Position numbers and translations under genes: made by a program
In this document: positions 40,991 through 50,990 of the stretch, in pieces
Position numbering within the stretch: the stretch's first letter is position 1
Layout of the letters: each line of letters begins with the position of its first letter
The notes under the pieces: generated by a model
Seen by the model: the letters and a program-made list of their open reading frames with translations, nothing else
Databases searched by the model: none
What the model was told of the DNA's origin: nothing
Assembly (NCBI GenBank): GCA_002378195.1
Contig: DFRJ01000001.1
Location: 29,517-93,516 of the forward strand
From: Patescibacteria group bacterium UBA3466
Lineage (GTDB): Bacteria > Patescibacteriota > Minisyncoccia > Phycocordibacterales > UBA918
DNA length: 64,000 nucleotides
Reading direction: 5' to 3'

Positions 40991-42145
40991 ATGTCAAACA
41001 CACATTCTGTAGATTTTAAAGAAGCTTTTTCAGTTGAAAAATTGGATGGTTCTCAGGTAAAAATTTCTGGTGAACTACCATACGCTGAACTCGAAAGCGA
41101 AAAGAAGGCCGCATTAGTAGCACTTGGAAAAAACGTTGAATTAGACGGCTTTAGAAAAGGTAACGTCCCAACTCCCGTACTAGAAAAGCACCTCGGAGAA
41201 ATGGCTATTTTGGGAGAGATGGCTGAACGAGCAATCGCTCACTCATACCCACACGTTGTAGAGGCACATGAGCTTGAAGTAATTGGTCAGCCCCAAATTG
41301 AAGTGAAGAAATTGGCTCCAAACAACCCGCTCGAATTTTCTATCACTGTTGCAGTAGTCCCTAAGTTTGAACTACCGGACTACAACGCAGTTGCTAAAGA
41401 AGTAAACGCTAACCGCCCATCAGACGAAGTGACTGATGAAGAGCTGGAAGAAAAGATCAAAGAAATCCAAAAGCAAAAGCGCGCGTACGAACGTATGCAA
41501 GAGTTGGCACAAAAGAATGCTGACAAGCCAGAAGCAGCAGAGGGTGACCTGCCAACTCCCGAAACGGTAGAGAAGGCGGACGAAGGGCCAACTGCCGAAG
41601 AGCTTGAAAAGATGCCGCTTCCAGAATTGACTGATGAGTACGTAAAGACACTCGGTCAACCAGGCCAATTTGAAACAGTTGATGATTTCAAGAGCAAACT
41701 ACGTGAGCACCTCGAAACAGAAAAGCAGCAGCAGAATGTTGCTAAGCACCGAGCAGACATTACTGACGGTATCATCGACAAGACAGACATCAACCTCCCA
41801 CAAATCCTCATTGATTCAGAAATCAATCAAATGTTCGCTCAGATGGAAGAGGATATCAAACGGTCTGATCTCAAAATGGAAGACTACCTTGCTCACATCA
41901 AGAAGACTCGAGATGATCTGAAACAAGAATGGATGCCCGCAGCTGAAAAGCGAGCAAAGCTCCAACTTGTCCTGAACGAAATTGCTAAGAAGGAAGAGAT
42001 TACTCCTGACAAAGACGCGGTGGAAGCTCAAACACAAGAATTGTTGGAACGATTCAAAGACGCTGACAAGCACCGAGTACAACTCTACGTCGCTTCAGTC
42101 CTCTTGAATGAAGCCGTCATGAAATCACTGGAAGAAGCTAAATAA
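40991..42145 (+). CDS. tig: Trigger factor
   Basis: DGFRKGNVP ribosome-binding motif; upstream of clpP. Confidence 0.92.
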   Translation: MSNTHSVDFKEAFSVEKLDGSQVKISGELPYAELESEKKAALVALGKNVELDGFRKGNVPTPVLEKHLGEMAILGEMAERAIAHSYPHVVEAHELEVIGQPQIEVKKLAPNNPLEFSITVAVVPKFELPDYNAVAKEVNANRPSDEVTDEELEEKIKEIQKQKRAYERMQELAQKNADKPEAAEGDLPTPETVEKADEGPTAEELEKMPLPELTDEYVKTLGQPGQFETVDDFKSKLREHLETEKQQQNVAKHRADITDGIIDKTDINLPQILIDSEINQMFAQMEEDIKRSDLKMEDYLAHIKKTRDDLKQEWMPAAEKRAKLQLVLNEIAKKEEITPDKDAVEAQTQELLERFKDADKHRVQLYVASVLLNEAVMKSLEEAK

Positions 42146-42161
42146 ACTCGCCACAAAAGAA

Positions 42162-42194
42162 TAAAAAGGCCGGCGCGAAGCGCCGGCCTTTTTA
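42162..42194. terminator. GGCCGG hairpin terminator
   Basis: TAAAAAGGCCGGCGC-GAA-GCGCCGGCCTTTTTA. Confidence 0.85.
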
Positions 42195-42458
42195 ATAATT
42201 TGACGTTATATTTGACATTATTAAGGATAATAGATATCTTTCTCCAACACCAATTTGTTTGGTGACTTAATGGAGTTACCCTTTACTGCATTTCTCTAAG
42301 TCTGAGGTCCAAACAATTGCAACCTGAGAAGGTCCTAGGGTGTCCCGGCGGCGAAGCCTTGCTTCGCCGCCTTTTTCTTTGCCTCCTTAACAATAATTGT
42401 GTAGGATTTAGTTCTGCAGCGAATGAAATGACTGGCAGATTAATACGTATTTACTTTT

Positions 42459-43064
42459 ATGACATCTGAAAAAAATAAACCGGAAGAAAACTACTTGGTG
42501 CCGACCGTGATCGAAAAAGTCCAAGGTGGTGAACGGGCGTTTGATATTTACTCACGACTACTGAAGGAACGCATTATCTTTGTGACCGGGCCAATTGAAG
42601 ACCATATGGCCAACCTGATTGTGGCGCAGCTACTTTTCCTTGAATCAGAAGACCCAAAGAAAGATATTTTCTTGTATGTAAACTCACCGGGTGGGAGCGT
42701 GACCGCTGGTTTGTCGATTATTGACACCATGCATCACATCAAGCCAAACGTAGCGACCGTATGTGTCGGACTAGCAGCCTCAATGGGGTCACTTATCCTC
42801 TCACAAGGAGAAAAAGGTAAGCGGTTTATCCTGCCGAACGCCGAAGTAATGATCCACCAACCATCAGGCGGAGCTTATGGCCAAGCATCAGACATCGATA
42901 TCACCGCCAAACACATCTTGAAGACCCGGGAACGACTGAACAAAATGCTGGCAAAAGCAACGGGTCAAAAACTCGACCAAATCCAAAAGGATGTTGACCG
43001 CGACTTCTTTATGGATGCTGATGAAGCGAAGAAATATGGGATCGTAGATAAGATTTATAAATAA
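42459..43064 (+). CDS. clpP: ATP-dependent Clp protease proteolytic subunit
   Basis: [30 protein letters not shown]. Confidence 0.98.
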   Translation: MTSEKNKPEENYLVPTVIEKVQGGERAFDIYSRLLKERIIFVTGPIEDHMANLIVAQLLFLESEDPKKDIFLYVNSPGGSVTAGLSIIDTMHHIKPNVATVCVGLAASMGSLILSQGEKGKRFILPNAEVMIHQPSGGAYGQASDIDITAKHILKTRERLNKMLAKATGQKLDQIQKDVDRDFFMDADEAKKYGIVDKIYK

Positions 43065-43217
43065 ATCTTATCTACGATCAGGCGGAGCGATGTGAGGAGC
43101 GGCTTTAGCCCGCCGTGACGAACCAGCGAGCCCGGGGAGGAAGTTCTTACTAGAATTGGAGCGTAGCGAACAATTATAGTTAGAAACTTGACCCTCGTAG
43201 ATAAAATCTACAAGTAA
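43042..43217 (+). mobile_element. 153-bp structured insertion at the clpP 3' end with a duplicated terminal coding segment
   Basis: 43042-43064 vs 43195-43217 (19/23 identical, both encode VDKIYK*); 18-bp inverted repeat at 43040-43079. Confidence 0.75.
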
Positions 43218-43218
43218 G

Positions 43219-43263
43219 GTAAATAAAAAGGCCGGCGCCTTCGGCGCCGGCCTTTTTATTTAC
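43219..43263. terminator. GGCCGG hairpin terminator
   Basis: GTAAATAAAAAGGCCGGCGCC-TTC-GGCGCCGGCCTTTTTATTTAC. Confidence 0.85.
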
Positions 43264-43324
43264 AAACCTCACCCACTTTAGTACAGTTCATAGGAACTGA
43301 TTAAGAATTTTAAGGAATATAGTT

Positions 43325-44854
43325 ATGCCGCCATTAGTATTTACGGTTGCATTGGCCATAGCTTTGTTTCTCGGTATTGTTGGAGGGTATATCGTGCGCT
43401 ACCTGCACGCTCAATCAAAGAAAAACTCGCTGGAATTAACTCTGAAGGAAAAGGAAATAACGGCAGAAAAGAAAGCGCTGAAGATTGTTGAGGAAGCGGA
43501 AAAGAAAGCGGAACAAATCGAGAAAGAAGCTAAAGCTGAACGCAAGCATCTGGAAGAAAAGCTGGAACAAAAGGAAGAAAGACTGGGTAAGAAAGAAGAA
43601 ATTTTAGACGAAAGACAAATCGATATCGACTCAGAAAAAGAATCCCTTAAGGAAAAGGTGGAGCAAATTAAGAGTATTAAGTCTCAGCTCGATGCTAGAG
43701 GTGAAGAAGCCGATCAAAAACTAGCCGAGGTAGCTGGCTTGAACAAAGAAGAAGCCTTTGAGCGCATCATCCAGAAAGCCGAACACGAACGGGCTGAAGA
43801 TATTTACGAACGCATCCAGAAGATCGAACGAGCCGGTGAAGAACAGTTTGAAACCAAAGCCCAAAACCTGCTTTTAGCAGCTATTCATCGTGTCGGCAAC
43901 ACCATGTCCCCCAACCTCATGACTTCTCATGTCGAAATTCCTAGTGATGACCTTAAAGGTAAAGTGATTGGTAAGGAAGGACGTAACGTTCGAGCCTTCG
44001 AACGCGCGACCGGGGTCGATGTACTCATCGATGAATCGCCAGGTTATATCGTCTTGTCTTCATTTGACCCTATCCGCCGAGAAATTGCCCGCGTGGCACT
44101 TGAGGCTTTATTAAAAGATGGCCGTATCCAACCAGCCAAAATCGAAGAAGAAGTAGATAATGCTCGAAAGACCGTCGCGAAGACCGTGCGCGAAATGGGC
44201 GACAAAGCTGCTTATGAAGCTAATGTTCCTAATCTCCATCCCGACCTCCTTACCATTCTTGGACGACTCCACTTCCGCACCAGCTATGGCCAAAATGTTT
44301 TGTGGCACTCAGTTGAAATGGCACACATGGCCGGCATTATTGCTGAAGAGATTGGGGCTGATGTAGCAGTAGCTCGAGCCGGCGCCTTACTACACGACAT
44401 CGGCAAAACTGTCAGTCATGAAGTGGCCGGTACCCACGTTGAGATTGGTATTCGTATCCTTGAGAAATACGGCGTCAGTCAAGATGTTATTCTCGCGATG
44501 CGGGCTCACCATGAAGAGTACCCATACGAAACTCCAGAATCTATCATCGTACAAGTAGCCGACGCTATCTCCGGCGGCCGGCCAGGCGCTAGGCGTGATT
44601 CACTAGAGAACTACGTGAAGCGCCTATCTGACCTTGAAAACATCGCGACTAAACTCGCTGGAGTAGAAAAAGCCTTTGCGATTGCCGCCGGTCGCGAGAT
44701 TAGAGTACTGGTAAACCCAACTACCCTCAACGACCTCGAGAGTAACAACCTCGCTCGCGAGATTGCCACCAGCATTGAAGCCCAACTCCGCTATCCTGGT
44801 GAAATTAAAGTTCACGTTATCCGGGAGACTAGAGTAATCAGTTACGCTCGGTAA
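43325..44854 (+). CDS. rny: Ribonuclease Y
   Basis: N-terminal TM, coiled coil, KH (IGKEGRN), HD (LLHDIGK), ADAISGGRPGAR. Confidence 0.97.
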   Translation: MPPLVFTVALAIALFLGIVGGYIVRYLHAQSKKNSLELTLKEKEITAEKKALKIVEEAEKKAEQIEKEAKAERKHLEEKLEQKEERLGKKEEILDERQIDIDSEKESLKEKVEQIKSIKSQLDARGEEADQKLAEVAGLNKEEAFERIIQKAEHERAEDIYERIQKIERAGEEQFETKAQNLLLAAIHRVGNTMSPNLMTSHVEIPSDDLKGKVIGKEGRNVRAFERATGVDVLIDESPGYIVLSSFDPIRREIARVALEALLKDGRIQPAKIEEEVDNARKTVAKTVREMGDKAAYEANVPNLHPDLLTILGRLHFRTSYGQNVLWHSVEMAHMAGIIAEEIGADVAVARAGALLHDIGKTVSHEVAGTHVEIGIRILEKYGVSQDVILAMRAHHEEYPYETPESIIVQVADAISGGRPGARRDSLENYVKRLSDLENIATKLAGVEKAFAIAAGREIRVLVNPTTLNDLESNNLAREIATSIEAQLRYPGEIKVHVIRETRVISYAR

Positions 44855-44871
44855 CATTTCAGACTATTAAA

Positions 44872-44919
44872 AAAGGCCGGAGGAGCAAAGCTCCTCCGGC
44901 CTTTAGCCTAAACATGCTA
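44872..44919. repeat. 48-bp direct repeat (terminator plus stop codon), copy 1
   Basis: Identical to 46545-46592. Confidence 0.95.
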
Positions 44920-45588
44920 CCCCCGTAAACGTGCCCGCACCATCAAGTATGACGGATACGTGTCACCGTTAATCTCTTCGCAGCCATCTGACAATCCTTC
45001 TTCTAGAGAGATCAGATCAAAATTTTGAAGAAAAAAAGGATTAAAGAAATCTACAAATGTATGACTTGGCTCCGCCACCGTAACTTTTCCATCGAATAAA
45101 ACTGAGTGCACAACCTCCTGTTTAAAGTAATTCTTACCAACTCTTTTCTTCTCGACGAACTGCCGAATCGGATGAACCCAAAGAAAGACTATTTCTGCGG
45201 CAGGATTCAGATGCTGCACCAACCTGAGAAGGAATGAATGGTAGGAGTATACATTTTGGATTGCCCATTTACTTACGACCAAATCAAAACTTTCTTTGGC
45301 AGGAAGGCCGTTGAGCGTTTCCATATCTGAAACATACAAATTGTCGGCTACTGCTTTTGTCTTCGCAACACTAATCATATCAGGCGAAATATCAAGGCCA
45401 ACAATTCTAGATGCTCCCCTAGATTGATACTCGATAAATTCATCACCTGGACCGCATCCCAAATCAAGCAACTTCTTACCAACCAATGAATCGGGTATCG
45501 ATCTCAGGAATGAACGAGTGCAATGCTGCTTGTACCCATCAAATAAATTCCATCCGAAAGATAGCTCGCCATCATATTGGTTTTTCAT
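44917..45588 (-). CDS. Class I SAM-dependent methyltransferase
   Basis: LLDLGCGPG, GLDIS, SFDLVVS; AGGAG RBS. Confidence 0.9.
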   Translation of the reverse strand: MKNQYDGELSFGWNLFDGYKQHCTRSFLRSIPDSLVGKKLLDLGCGPGDEFIEYQSRGASRIVGLDISPDMISVAKTKAVADNLYVSDMETLNGLPAKESFDLVVSKWAIQNVYSYHSFLLRLVQHLNPAAEIVFLWVHPIRQFVEKKRVGKNYFKQEVVHSVLFDGKVTVAEPSHTFVDFFNPFFLQNFDLISLEEGLSDGCEEINGDTYPSYLMVRARLRG

Positions 45589-45696
45589 AGAACTTCTCCT
45601 TTTAATAAAGACCAAGGTGAAAACATTAAAACGTAAATTTTTGACAATTTCAAAAATAAATGTATTAATGTATTAAATTTAAAGTTTTTCTTTAAA

Positions 45697-46521
45697 ATGT
45701 TTAACTCAAAACATCAATCAACTGAAGACAAGTTAATCTCCCTACTGCTCAATGGAGAGCATACCGTCGCAGAATTATTCAAACAGCTCAACCAAAATGG
45801 CCATAAGATATCGCTACAAGCAGTCTACGACGCTATCAGACAGCTTGTTTCTGCGGGAGTGGTGATAAAGCAATCAAAATTATGCAGCCTAGATGCAGAG
45901 TGGAGAATTAAAACTGCAAATATCTTAAGTAGCACTCCCTCCTTGCCGGAGCCGCTGGAAGGCGAAGCGCAAACATTTAACTTTAATTCGTTTAACAGTT
46001 TGGATACTTATTGGAAACACATTAATGCTCTACTGACCCGAGCTGTTCCTGATTACCCTGTTTTTTATTTCGTGTCGCATGAGTTTTGGGTGTATCAGGA
46101 GGAAAGAAAAGAGAGTCAGCTAGATTTCATCAAGCAACAAACGAGTAAGCGAAGTACGTACATTCTTATCGGTGGCACAACTCAATACGACAAAATATAC
46201 AAAGAAAGGTTCAGGCAATACCGTCAGATTGAACTAAGTGAATTTACTCCACTCAAACGACATGAACATCTTACAGTATGTGGTGACTTTGTAATTTTCA
46301 CTAAAATTACAAAAACGACATCGGAATTGATAGATAAAATATACCAGGAAAGTGTAAATGAAACTGAATTAACATCTTCATTACAAAAAATCTTTACCTC
46401 GAAGCAAAAAACGTCTCTGGTCATCAAGCGCGATGCAAGCCTTGCAATAAAATTAAGAAAGCAGATTAGTAAGAACATGTACCTCCCAAAAGAAGAAAGA
46501 GAGAAGTGGAAATTCTTCTAA
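45697..46521 (+). CDS. Putative winged-helix transcriptional regulator
   Basis: ISLQAVYDAIRQLVSAGVVIK N-terminal wHTH-like segment. Confidence 0.65.
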   Translation: MFNSKHQSTEDKLISLLLNGEHTVAELFKQLNQNGHKISLQAVYDAIRQLVSAGVVIKQSKLCSLDAEWRIKTANILSSTPSLPEPLEGEAQTFNFNSFNSLDTYWKHINALLTRAVPDYPVFYFVSHEFWVYQEERKESQLDFIKQQTSKRSTYILIGGTTQYDKIYKERFRQYRQIELSEFTPLKRHEHLTVCGDFVIFTKITKTTSELIDKIYQESVNETELTSSLQKIFTSKQKTSLVIKRDASLAIKLRKQISKNMYLPKEEREKWKFF

Positions 46522-46544
46522 ACCTTACTAATTTTCATAAAGAG

Positions 46545-46592
46545 AAAGGCCGGAGGAGCAAAGCTCCTCCGGCCTTTAGCCTAAACATGCTA
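46545..46592. repeat. 48-bp direct repeat, copy 2
   Basis: Identical to 44872-44919. Confidence 0.95.
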
Positions 46593-47153
46593 GGCGTGTT
46601 TTTGTGCTCGCATCTCAGGTCGCAAAGCAGGATCGGTTTTACTATCCCAGCCTTGGATCTCAAAGAGCCAAGTCATGATCGGTTCATGATCATCGGCTTC
46701 ACTAAAAACACAAAAGTAGGCATTTATAAAGCCGGCATCTTCATAACGAAGCGTAACGTCAAGCTTAAAGCCTTCCCGGAAGGCAACAGCAACTGTGCTG
46801 GTCAACCAAAGATCAAGCTTAGCGGCATTGCCTTCAGCTATCATCTCAGCTAGTGTCGGCAAGGATATCAGCGTACATTCAGGAAGATGAGAAGAGTTCA
46901 GGAGAACATGCTCCAATCCATCATGACCACGCTCGGTTAGGATCATCTGATATTCCCGCTCGGTAGATTTCGAACCAGCAAACAAATTTGCTTCGATCTG
47001 AAACCACGGCTCGCCACGATCATGTGCTGACACGAAATGCAGCTCAATAAAAATTGAATCAGCCAGCATTTCTAGTCGGTCAAGGTTAATGGAGGAACCT
47101 TCGATCACGAAAGTATTCTCCAATTCCGGCTTCTTGAAAGGAACTACTACCAT
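46590..47153 (-). CDS. Hypothetical protein
   Basis: AAGGAG RBS before ATG 47153. Confidence 0.6.
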   Translation of the reverse strand: MVVVPFKKPELENTFVIEGSSINLDRLEMLADSIFIELHFVSAHDRGEPWFQIEANLFAGSKSTEREYQMILTERGHDGLEHVLLNSSHLPECTLISLPTLAEMIAEGNAAKLDLWLTSTVAVAFREGFKLDVTLRYEDAGFINAYFCVFSEADDHEPIMTWLFEIQGWDSKTDPALRPEMRAQKHA

Positions 47154-47269
47154 TCTTCTCTCCTTATTAGAGTTGGTTTGGTGGCTGGCATAATACGGAT
47201 TTAGGATAGAAAAGTCAAACAAAAAACAGGCCTGCGTGAGCAAGCCTGTTGGGTTGAAGGTAGTCTGTA

Positions 47270-47779
47270 TCAGTGGCGGAGTGCACTCAACAGCTCCTTC
47301 GAAGGTGCGCTACGAGACTCAGTCTCGTAGACAGCGGTCGACCGAATGAACGCCACCGGCACATCGTAGGTTTTAAAGGGTCGAAAAGACACAACATACT
47401 GCCCCTCTTGCCAGTTCAAGCGAATTTCGCAGGTGTGCGCTAGAAATGCCACCGCTTCCTGAGCCAAAATCCGGCGTAGCTGATCGAGACTGCGATAACC
47501 TGCTGCCAGGCTCTGCAAGCGACCAAGACTCATTCGATGACTGGTGACCAATTCGCTCAGTCCCTCTTCTTCCAGCTCAACCACATAGCGCTTATGAGAC
47601 AAGTGATTGTCGTCACCAAACCACAGTGACCCTCTCCAAATCAAATCTGACTTAACCTCCAGTCCGATTGTGAATTCGGCAGACTGTTCCTGCTCGCTGC
47701 TAATCGGATGTTGTGTCAGGCCCTTGAACTGCAGCTCAGGCACGGCTTCCGTAACACTGTAATCAAACTCATATTCCAT
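47270..47779 (-). CDS. Hypothetical protein
   Basis: AAGGAG RBS; TTGACA...TATATT promoter-like sequence upstream. Confidence 0.6.
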   Translation of the reverse strand: MEYEFDYSVTEAVPELQFKGLTQHPISSEQEQSAEFTIGLEVKSDLIWRGSLWFGDDNHLSHKRYVVELEEEGLSELVTSHRMSLGRLQSLAAGYRSLDQLRRILAQEAVAFLAHTCEIRLNWQEGQYVVSFRPFKTYDVPVAFIRSTAVYETESRSAPSKELLSALRH

Positions 47780-48006
47780 GAGTAGTACTCCTTCTGTTTG
47801 TTTGAGGTACTAAAATTTAAAGCCAAAAAAAATAATACTGAATATAATATAAATTGTCAATTATTTTATTACACCATACATTATCTACCTGTGTAGTCGT
47901 TGCAGGTGATATACGTTGCTATATAATGTTTTGTAAGCCAATAAGGCAAACGTGCTTGGGCAACTCGCCCACCACACATTAATCACACAATTTTAATTCA
48001 GATTAT

Positions 48007-48279
48007 ATGAACAAAGCAGACATCATCAGCCAAGTACACGAAGTGCTAAACACTACCAAGGCAGACGCTGAACGAGCAGTAGACGCCGTATTCGCTAGCA
48101 TTGAATCAGCTATGAAGGACGGTACTCAAGTATCAGTAGCTGGATTTGGTATCTTTGAAGCCAAGATGCGAGCAGCTCGAGAAGCACGTAACCCTCGAAC
48201 TGGTGAAACAGTACAAGTACCCGCAATGCGAGTACCAAAGTTTAGAGCAGCTAAGGCTCTAAAGGACGCTGTAAAATAA
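48007..48279 (+). CDS. hup: DNA-binding protein HU
   Basis: MNKADII, GFGIF, RNPRTGE, VPKFRAAKALKDAV. Confidence 0.96.
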   Translation: MNKADIISQVHEVLNTTKADAERAVDAVFASIESAMKDGTQVSVAGFGIFEAKMRAAREARNPRTGETVQVPAMRVPKFRAAKALKDAVK

Positions 48280-48494
48280 GCCTTTCTATTTAAAAAGGGC
48301 GCGGGCCTACGGCCCGCGCCCTTTTTCTTGCCTCTCACAAAGATATGTTATACTAGTCGAGTAACGGAGGTAATATCGTTACGGAGGAAATACAAGTTAT
48401 TTCCCACCACACTGTAAGAGCCCCGACGGGGGCTTTTACTTTGAAGATTGAAATTCTTATCTGTTGTGATAGGATTGTGGAACTTCAATTTACC

Positions 48495-48565
48495 GCGGGT
48501 GTAGTTTAGTGGTAAAACGACTGCCTTCCAAGCAGTAGTCGGGAGTTCGATTCTTCTCACCCGCA
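48495..48565 (+). tRNA. tRNA-Gly(TCC), CCA not encoded
   Basis: GCGGGTG/CACCCGC acceptor stem, ACTGC-CTTCCAA-GCAGT anticodon arm, GTTCGA T-loop. Confidence 0.95.
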
Positions 48566-48782
48566 CAGCCAACATGAAAAGCCGTCCCGAAGGGGACGGC
48601 TTTTCTGTTGCTGCTGTGCGGAGTGGAGAAAGTGCCTTGAGGCACTTTCGTGAGGAATCGAACGCCGGAATGATGTGAGGAAGTATGACGAACGAATGAG
48701 GCGTGTCCCGCGGCACCTGCTAATTTATGAGGTACGAAATAAATTAGGTTGGTGACCGTCAGGACGATTCTTCCTCTCACCC
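48566..48782 (+). mobile_element. Structured gene-end element after tRNA-Gly(TCC)
   Basis: GATGTGAGGA...TGACGAAC shared with the clpP element; segments antisense to the tRNA 3' end; ends GGTGACC...CGATTCTT(CCT)CTCACCC, a degenerate tRNA-end copy. Confidence 0.6.
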
Positions 48783-48806
48783 TATTTAATCTGCTATACT
48801 CAGCAC

Positions 48807-49340
48807 ATGCAAAACAAACCACCAATGGAAACTGATTCACCAGAGGAACTGTTGGATTTGGTCGACGAAAATGACAACGTCATTGGCACAAAAAGCAGGA
48901 AGGAAATTTACGCTGAAGGTTTACGTAACTACAGAGTCGTTAACGCCTTTATAGTTAATTCTGAAGGGAAATTATGGATACCGAGAAGAGTTACTGCAAA
49001 GAAACTATTTCCAAACGGACTAGACTACAGTATAGCTGGTCATGTTGAGTCTGGAGAATCATACGAAGAAGGAATGAAGAAAGAAGCAATTGAAGAAGTG
49101 AATATTGATTTGAATGTTATCCCTTTTAAGGAAGTAGCTACTTTTACTCCTCACACTCACAACGTCCACTGTTTTCAGAAAGTGTATGTAATTGAATCTA
49201 ATGAAGCTCCAGATTACAACAGAGATGATTTTTCTGGTTACGAGTGGCTTTCTCCGGAAGAAATAATCAAAAGATATGAAGAGGGTGAGTATGGCAAGGA
49301 AGATATTCCTGAGGTGGTTAAGCTCTGCTTTCTCCAATAA
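48807..49340 (+). CDS. Nudix hydrolase (IDI/YfcD-like); unit 1
   Basis: ELLDLVDEND.VIG, AGHVESGESYEEGMKKEAIEEVNI Nudix box. Confidence 0.9.
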   Translation: MQNKPPMETDSPEELLDLVDENDNVIGTKSRKEIYAEGLRNYRVVNAFIVNSEGKLWIPRRVTAKKLFPNGLDYSIAGHVESGESYEEGMKKEAIEEVNIDLNVIPFKEVATFTPHTHNVHCFQKVYVIESNEAPDYNRDDFSGYEWLSPEEIIKRYEEGEYGKEDIPEVVKLCFLQ

Positions 49341-49398
49341 AAGTTCGAACATCGTTGAATAACCTGCACACATGATTTAAGCGCCCTGTTGGGCGCTT

Positions 49399-49878
49399 TC
49401 ATCGTTCGATTCTTTGATTAAATTTTGATTCTCTCTCCTCTTTAGAAAAGCTTAATGCCCACTCCCACGCCTCAAAATATATGTCTTTTGGAAGATTTTC
49501 TTTTTCCCACAAAACAGCACTATCAGCATATTCATCCCCATATAAATCATGTAAGACATCATACAGTCTAAGGAAAAGTGTCTTATGCACTTCTAAGCTA
49601 CTTGAGTTGCAGTCCCTGTCTCCAATAAGTATGTGACCCAGTTCATGAATCAAAATTGACCTTTTGACTTCATATGGATAACTCGCTCTCAATTTAAACG
49701 GACGCGACCTACTTACACCCTCAAAAACTTTTGCGTCAATCTCTTTTTGTTCAAATTCAATACCTGTCTTTTCTTGCCAAACCTCTACTATTTTCCTACC
49801 ATCCAAATTCCAAATTTCACCATATTCATTTGCAGCTGTTTCGAATTGTGGTTCGGCTGGATTAAAGTTTATTCTCAT
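49399..49878 (-). CDS. Hypothetical protein with HExxH motif; unit 2
   Basis: LIHELGHIL zinc-binding motif. Confidence 0.7.
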   Translation of the reverse strand: MRINFNPAEPQFETAANEYGEIWNLDGRKIVEVWQEKTGIEFEQKEIDAKVFEGVSRSRPFKLRASYPYEVKRSILIHELGHILIGDRDCNSSSLEVHKTLFLRLYDVLHDLYGDEYADSAVLWEKENLPKDIYFEAWEWALSFSKEERESKFNQRIER

Positions 49879-50075
49879 ACACCAACTATATCATTTCAAT
49901 AAAGTTCGAACATCGTTGAATAACCCGCACAGATACAATGAGCCCCTATTTAGGGGTTTTATTGTTGGAGGGATGGTTGAAATATTGGCAACTATCGAAC
50001 TTTGTAGTAATTTACTTAGATACAGAGCCGGAGACAAAGCGTACTTGGCACCTATTAAAAGCATAAAATATATTT

Positions 50076-50498
50076 ATGAAAGAAATACCTAATTGTTTTT
50101 ATCGTGTCAGTATTAAGGCACTAGTCTTGAATGAGACGAAAGACAAGTTTCTTCTATGCAAAGAAGAAGATGGGCGTTGGGAGCTACCTGGAGGAGGACT
50201 AGAATGGGGAATGTCACCACAAGAAGACTTGCCTAGAGAACTGATGGAAGAAATGGGTCTCAAGGCAACATCAATAGCTGAAAACCCCTGCTACTTCATA
50301 ACTGGTCAAAGTACCAATTATCCAGAAGTTAAAATTGCAAACGTATTGTATGAAACTAAGCTTGAACACCTAGACTTCACTCCATCTGATGAATGCATAG
50401 AAATACGATTTGTGAACAAAGATGATGTAGAAGGGATGGAACTTTTTGATGGACCTAAAAAACTATTGAGCATATTTAATCCTGATAATCACCAATAA
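50076..50498 (+). CDS. Nudix hydrolase; unit 3
   Basis: WELPGGGLEWGMSPQEDLPRELMEEMGL Nudix box. Confidence 0.9.
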   Translation: MKEIPNCFYRVSIKALVLNETKDKFLLCKEEDGRWELPGGGLEWGMSPQEDLPRELMEEMGLKATSIAENPCYFITGQSTNYPEVKIANVLYETKLEHLDFTPSDECIEIRFVNKDDVEGMELFDGPKKLLSIFNPDNHQ

Positions 50499-50597
50499 AA
50501 GTTCGAACATCGTTGAATAACCCGCACAAAGAAAATGAGCCTATTCTGCAAGGCTCATTTTTTGTATACGTAATTGAAAAAGTGACCACTCTCGAAC

Positions 50598-50894
50598 TTA
50601 CACCAGCTGGCAGTATTCCGTGCCAAAGCGCAGTTCCGTGCCAAGCTGTGCCTGCACCATTTCCCAGAACTGAGCAGCCTCTTCTTTTCCTGCTTCTCGA
50701 AGGGCAACGATGGCATCAAAAGTGCGTACGATTGACCCACCGTACTGCTCGTCGTTATTCCAATTGAGACTGTCTTGCAGGACATCTGCCTCTGCCTGGT
50801 CAATGAGTGGTATCTCTACACCTACCCACTGTTCACGGATATGCTGGGGCGCAAATCCAGCGGGTGTGGCAATAATGCGTACTTTCTTGGTCAT
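50598..50894 (-). CDS. Hypothetical protein; unit 4
   Basis: AGGAG RBS; P.GFAP.HIREQWVGVEIPL motif. Confidence 0.65.
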   Translation of the reverse strand: MTKKVRIIATPAGFAPQHIREQWVGVEIPLIDQAEADVLQDSLNWNNDEQYGGSIVRTFDAIVALREAGKEEAAQFWEMVQAQLGTELRFGTEYCQLV

Positions 50895-50990
50895 CTGAAG
50901 AACTCCTGTAGGAACAAAAACGGACTTACACCTTACACTCTTATAAATTATTTTGCAAAACCGTTCGAACATCGTTGAATAACCCGCACA

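Noticed and set aside
48720..48745. Hammerhead ribozyme (TGAG...CGAAA motif)
   Set aside because: The CUGAUGA core and the three required stems are absent.
48348..48840. ORFs 48348-48716 and 48490-48840 (-)
   Set aside because: They are antisense to the tRNA-Gly and the structured element; spurious.
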